NCBI GenBank assembly: GCA_050173015.1
Contig: JBFXLE010000005.1
Span: 1 to 64,000 of the forward strand
DNA: 64,000 bases
DNA from: Calditrichaceae bacterium
Lineage (GTDB): Bacteria > Calditrichota > Calditrichia > Calditrichales > JBFXGD01
Direction of reading: 5' to 3'
A program made the position numbers and the translations under genes. The notes under the pieces are model-generated. The model ran no database searches, was not told where the DNA came from, and saw only the letters and a program-made list of their open reading frames with translations. Shown here piece after piece: positions 60,727-64,000 of this stretch; position 1 is the stretch's first letter; every line of letters starts with the position of its first letter.

Positions 60727-61959
60727 TTATTCGGAAACTTCTGTTTTTGTCTTCTTAACCGCATCCTTTGATTGCAACAAATCTCTGTTATAAAGTCTCA
60801 GGCTTAAAAAGGCGGCAATCAATATTAAAATGCCGGAAGTGATAAAGGGAAAAGCCGGGCCGTAAGCGTCAAAGAAAAATCCGGCCCAAAGGGGACCCAG
60901 CACGCGTCCCAACGATGAAAATGACTGATTTAATCCTAATATACCTCCCTGTTCATGTTGATCAGCGTTTTTGGATATCAAAGCAATGACCGAAGGATTA
61001 TGAAGACCGATTCCAAGCGCGATCATTCCAACCACCAGGAGAAAACCCGGAAGCTGAACCGGAATAGGCAATAGAATAAATGCGGTTCCGAGAATCAATG
61101 TAGCTGCGGTTATCAGTTTTTTTTCACCAAATCTCTTAGCAAGCGGTCCAATCAATACTCCCTGCACCGTCGCGCTGATGACGCCGATAAAAGCAAAGAT
61201 ATATCCGTTTTCTACGGCATCGTACCGGAATATACGCTCAGTGTAGAGAGCAAAAATTGTTTCAAGATTGGCAAAGGACATGGTAACCGTGAAAAAGATT
61301 ATGAAAAGCAAACCTATATTGGGATGTCTCACGGCATTAACTAAATTAATCAGGTTAAATCTCCGGTAGTCACCTTCGACCGGTCTTTGCTTATCGACTG
61401 TTTCGGGAAGTTTTAAATAGGCAAAAATAAACGCGAAAAATGACAGGGCGCCCGCGGCAAAAAGCGGAACCTGGTACCCTCCAAAATGGCTTAACAAACC
61501 TCCCATCGCCGGGCCGATTATAAATCCAAGACCAAAAGCGGCGCCCACCATTCCCATGCCTTTGGCCCTGTTCTCCGTCGAAGTGATGTCTGATATATAA
61601 GCCATCGCCGTCGGAACGGTAGCGGCGAAAATACCGGTGAGGATCCTGGCGGCGAACAACAGCCATAAGGAATCCGCGGTCGCGAAAATAATATGTGTAA
61701 CACCTGTACCCGCAAGGCTCAGGAGAATAACCGGACGCCTGCCGATCCTGTCTGACAACCGCCCCCAAATCGGCGCGAAAACAAACTGCATCAGTGAGTA
61801 AACAGTGATCATCGTGGCGATGGTCTTGCCGATCATCAAAGGATTCGTTACAAAATCTTCCAAATAGAATGGAACAATCGGAATGATCAGACCAAATCCC
61901 AGCAAATCTATAAAGATCGTCAGAAATATGATTAATAATTGATGTTTATTGTTTTTCAA
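60727..61959 (-). CDS. MFS transporter, TetA/DHA1-like
   Basis: DLLGFGLIIP, GRLSDRIGRRPV, AYISDIT, GFIIGPAMGG. Confidence 0.93.
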   Translation of the reverse strand: MKNNKHQLLIIFLTIFIDLLGFGLIIPIVPFYLEDFVTNPLMIGKTIATMITVYSLMQFVFAPIWGRLSDRIGRRPVILLSLAGTGVTHIIFATADSLWLLFAARILTGIFAATVPTAMAYISDITSTENRAKGMGMVGAAFGLGFIIGPAMGGLLSHFGGYQVPLFAAGALSFFAFIFAYLKLPETVDKQRPVEGDYRRFNLINLVNAVRHPNIGLLFIIFFTVTMSFANLETIFALYTERIFRYDAVENGYIFAFIGVISATVQGVLIGPLAKRFGEKKLITAATLILGTAFILLPIPVQLPGFLLVVGMIALGIGLHNPSVIALISKNADQHEQGGILGLNQSFSSLGRVLGPLWAGFFFDAYGPAFPFITSGILILIAAFLSLRLYNRDLLQSKDAVKKTKTEVSE

Positions 61960-62123
61960 TTCAATAACTCCTTTTTCCCGTATATCTCAAATTCGCAGAC
62001 TCAATTCATTTTTCATTTTTAAGGTTAATTGAAGTTTTTTAAGAAACTGTTTGATACAGATTTTTAATATCCTTATTATTCATTAAACGTCGGCAATTTC
62101 TTATTTCTTAGAATAAAATTATT

Positions 62124-62636
62124 ATGAGCTTAAATATCGAAATAAAAGCCCGGTTTACCGATCCGGAATTATTTAAAAATAAAATTTCCGAGTTACAGAC
62201 AACGTATGTCGGCCGGGATCATCAGACCGATACGTTTTTTCATGTTCCAAAAGGCCGTTTAAAGATGCGGGAATCATCTCTCTATGGAAACATTCTTATC
62301 CCGTATATCCGAAACGATCAGGCCGGGCCTAAGAAGTCGGATTACACACTTATAAAAACAGATGATCCGATCAAAACAAAAGAGCTTTTAACCCATATCC
62401 TCGGGATTCGCGTGGTTGTAGAAAAAGAACGCGAAATCTATCTTTATGAGAATGTACGGATCCATCTTGATCACGTGAAATTTCTGGGTTCATTTATTGA
62501 ATTCGAAGCCGTGGTTGACGACGACTCGGAAATTGATAAAAACCATCTGAAAATTCAAAATCTGTTGAGCCATTTCAACATTCAAAAAGAAGATTTAATT
62601 CCCCTGGCGTATGCCGATTTATTGAACACAAAATAG
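62124..62636 (+). CDS. CYTH / class IV adenylate cyclase-like protein
   Basis: NIEIKAR, QTDTFF, RLKMR, K.REIY, HLD.V..LG.FIEFE. Confidence 0.9.
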   Translation: MSLNIEIKARFTDPELFKNKISELQTTYVGRDHQTDTFFHVPKGRLKMRESSLYGNILIPYIRNDQAGPKKSDYTLIKTDDPIKTKELLTHILGIRVVVEKEREIYLYENVRIHLDHVKFLGSFIEFEAVVDDDSEIDKNHLKIQNLLSHFNIQKEDLIPLAYADLLNTK

Positions 62637-62717
62637 ATTATAACGAAACCAAATCTTTCTATTGAAAGTATTAAACTTGTATTGAAGAACAAGTTATTAA
62701 TTTTATGGGATACCAAC

Positions 62718-63179
62718 ATGCTTGCCAAATTTGAATCATTCATACGCGACAACCTCCTCACAGACAAAAATGCCACATCCGCCACGCTTGAAAAAAAACA
62801 GATGGTTGCCACGACCGTGCTTTTTCTTGAAATGGCTTTTGCCGATTTTGAAATCAGCCCTGAGGAAGAAAAACAGATCGAAAGTTCTCTTATGAAGTTC
62901 TTTAATTTAGAGAGTTGGGAAGTTTCTGAACTAATTGAACTGGCGAAAGAAAAACGCAGCAGCCGAAATGATATCTGGTTATTCACCAATACAATTAAAA
63001 GTGAATTTACCCGTCAGCAAAAACTATGGATCATTGAAAAGCTATGGCAGTTAATTTTTGCGGATGGGAAGATAGACAAATACGAGGAAACGCTGATCCG
63101 AAAAATCACCACACTGCTCGGGCTCGAGCATGGCGATATGATACAGGCAAAACTGGCTGTAAAAAATAAATCAGCATAA
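62718..63179 (+). CDS. TerB-family protein
   Basis: LEMAFADFE, LWQLIFADG.ID.YE..LIRKI..LLG. Confidence 0.85.
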   Translation: MLAKFESFIRDNLLTDKNATSATLEKKQMVATTVLFLEMAFADFEISPEEEKQIESSLMKFFNLESWEVSELIELAKEKRSSRNDIWLFTNTIKSEFTRQQKLWIIEKLWQLIFADGKIDKYEETLIRKITTLLGLEHGDMIQAKLAVKNKSA

Positions 63180-63198
63180 ATTCCCCGGAGGCGTATTT

Positions 63199-63780
63199 AT
63201 GAACCCTTCATATTCTGAAATCGTGATAGAGGGACCTTTCATGCTTCTCAAAGGCTTCCTTCTAGGCTTTTTATCGGTCCACAAACCGGACGGAAAATAT
63301 TTTTTCCATCGCAAGGCCGGTATCAGAAGGGAAACCTTCAAAGACTATCTGAAAGAGCTCTTCGAGTTGGATAATTACGTCCATCTTTGCCTGGAAACAG
63401 ATCTGATACAACCTTTTATTGACGCGACTCAGCTTTATACGCAAATCACGGATATGACCGTTCATTCGATAAAACCGATCAATAGCGCCAGTTTTTCATT
63501 TGCTTACGAATTTTACAACGAAGATTTGGCGCAAAACGCAAAGTCAATGATTGAAAAACCACCTAAAGGCGTGAATCTGGTGGATTATTATCCCGTTGAA
63601 TTGCGAGAAAATGAACCCGGTGGAGTGGAAGCATACGCGCCTCTTCATGATTATACTGCCCGGGCAAAGGGCACCTTAATGGGTGATTTTGAAGGTGTCA
63701 TCGATTTGTATATTTCCATAAAGAGAAGCGAGGTTTCGGAGTCCATTATCTGCAGTGATGTCCGTCTTGCTCTGGATTAA
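63199..63780 (+). CDS. Hypothetical protein
   Basis: 193-aa ORF with a GGAGG RBS, co-oriented with the TerB gene. Confidence 0.75.
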   Translation: MNPSYSEIVIEGPFMLLKGFLLGFLSVHKPDGKYFFHRKAGIRRETFKDYLKELFELDNYVHLCLETDLIQPFIDATQLYTQITDMTVHSIKPINSASFSFAYEFYNEDLAQNAKSMIEKPPKGVNLVDYYPVELRENEPGGVEAYAPLHDYTARAKGTLMGDFEGVIDLYISIKRSEVSESIICSDVRLALD

Positions 63781-63790
63781 TGTTTTCAAT

Positions 63791-63839
63791 AAAAAAACCG
63801 CAAAGCATGCAAATAATACAATGATGGCTGCTTTGCGGT
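63791..63839. terminator. Hairpin between convergent genes
   Basis: accgcaaagca...tgctttgcggt with a flanking A-run. Confidence 0.6.
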
Positions 63840-63880
63840 AATGAATCTTTCCTAACCTTTTCCGATTTACGATAAGGTTT

Positions 63881-64000
63881 TTATTTTGTATTTTTCAGCT
63901 CTTCAATCATTCTTGGAACCACATCAAAAAGATCCGCTACGATTCCGTAATCCGCGACTTTAAATATCGGCGCGTCCGGATCCTTGTTTATGGCGACGAT
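63881..64000 (-). CDS. etfA: Electron transfer flavoprotein alpha subunit, C-terminal fragment (5' part outside the window)
   Basis: Hand translation [39 protein letters not shown]. Confidence 0.92.
   Translation of the reverse strand: MVAINKDPDAPIFKVADYGIVADLFDVVPRMIEELKNTK

Noticed and set aside
1-64000. Integron integrase, transposase, phage, rRNA or tRNA genes
   Set aside because: No ORF with tyrosine-recombinase, DDE or HUH motifs and no RNA-gene pattern recognised by eye; tRNAscan-SE and Infernal would be needed to exclude RNA genes formally.

Overview
A bacterial chromosomal window of about 50 CDSs. Gene content (mitochondrial-type aconitase, fused 2-oxoacid dehydrogenase E1, tricorn protease, outer-membrane barrel, long-form aromatic amino-acid hydroxylase) suggests a diderm FCB/Calditrichota-like organism; this placement is inference only. 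Housekeeping and metabolic genes (mgsA, acnA, hflK/hflC, bcp, msrA, gdhA, trpF-like, pdxH, etfA fragment) flank an accessory zone at about 20-37 kb. That zone holds the most notable feature: three integron attC-like sites on the minus strand, separating co-oriented genes of very different base composition (methyltransferase, DHFR-fold protein, SdpI-like protein, membrane protein), with no integrase in the window, i.e. a decaying CALIN-type cassette array. The array lies between two copies of a duplicated gene frame and is invaded by REP/REPIN-like palindromic elements. Other non-coding structure includes a second REP-like family, a 41-bp tandem repeat, a ~196-bp direct repeat upstream of msrA, heptamer repeats and ECF-type promoter motifs. 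No rRNA, tRNA, CRISPR array or intact transposase was recognised. All family assignments come from motif recognition by eye, not from database searches.
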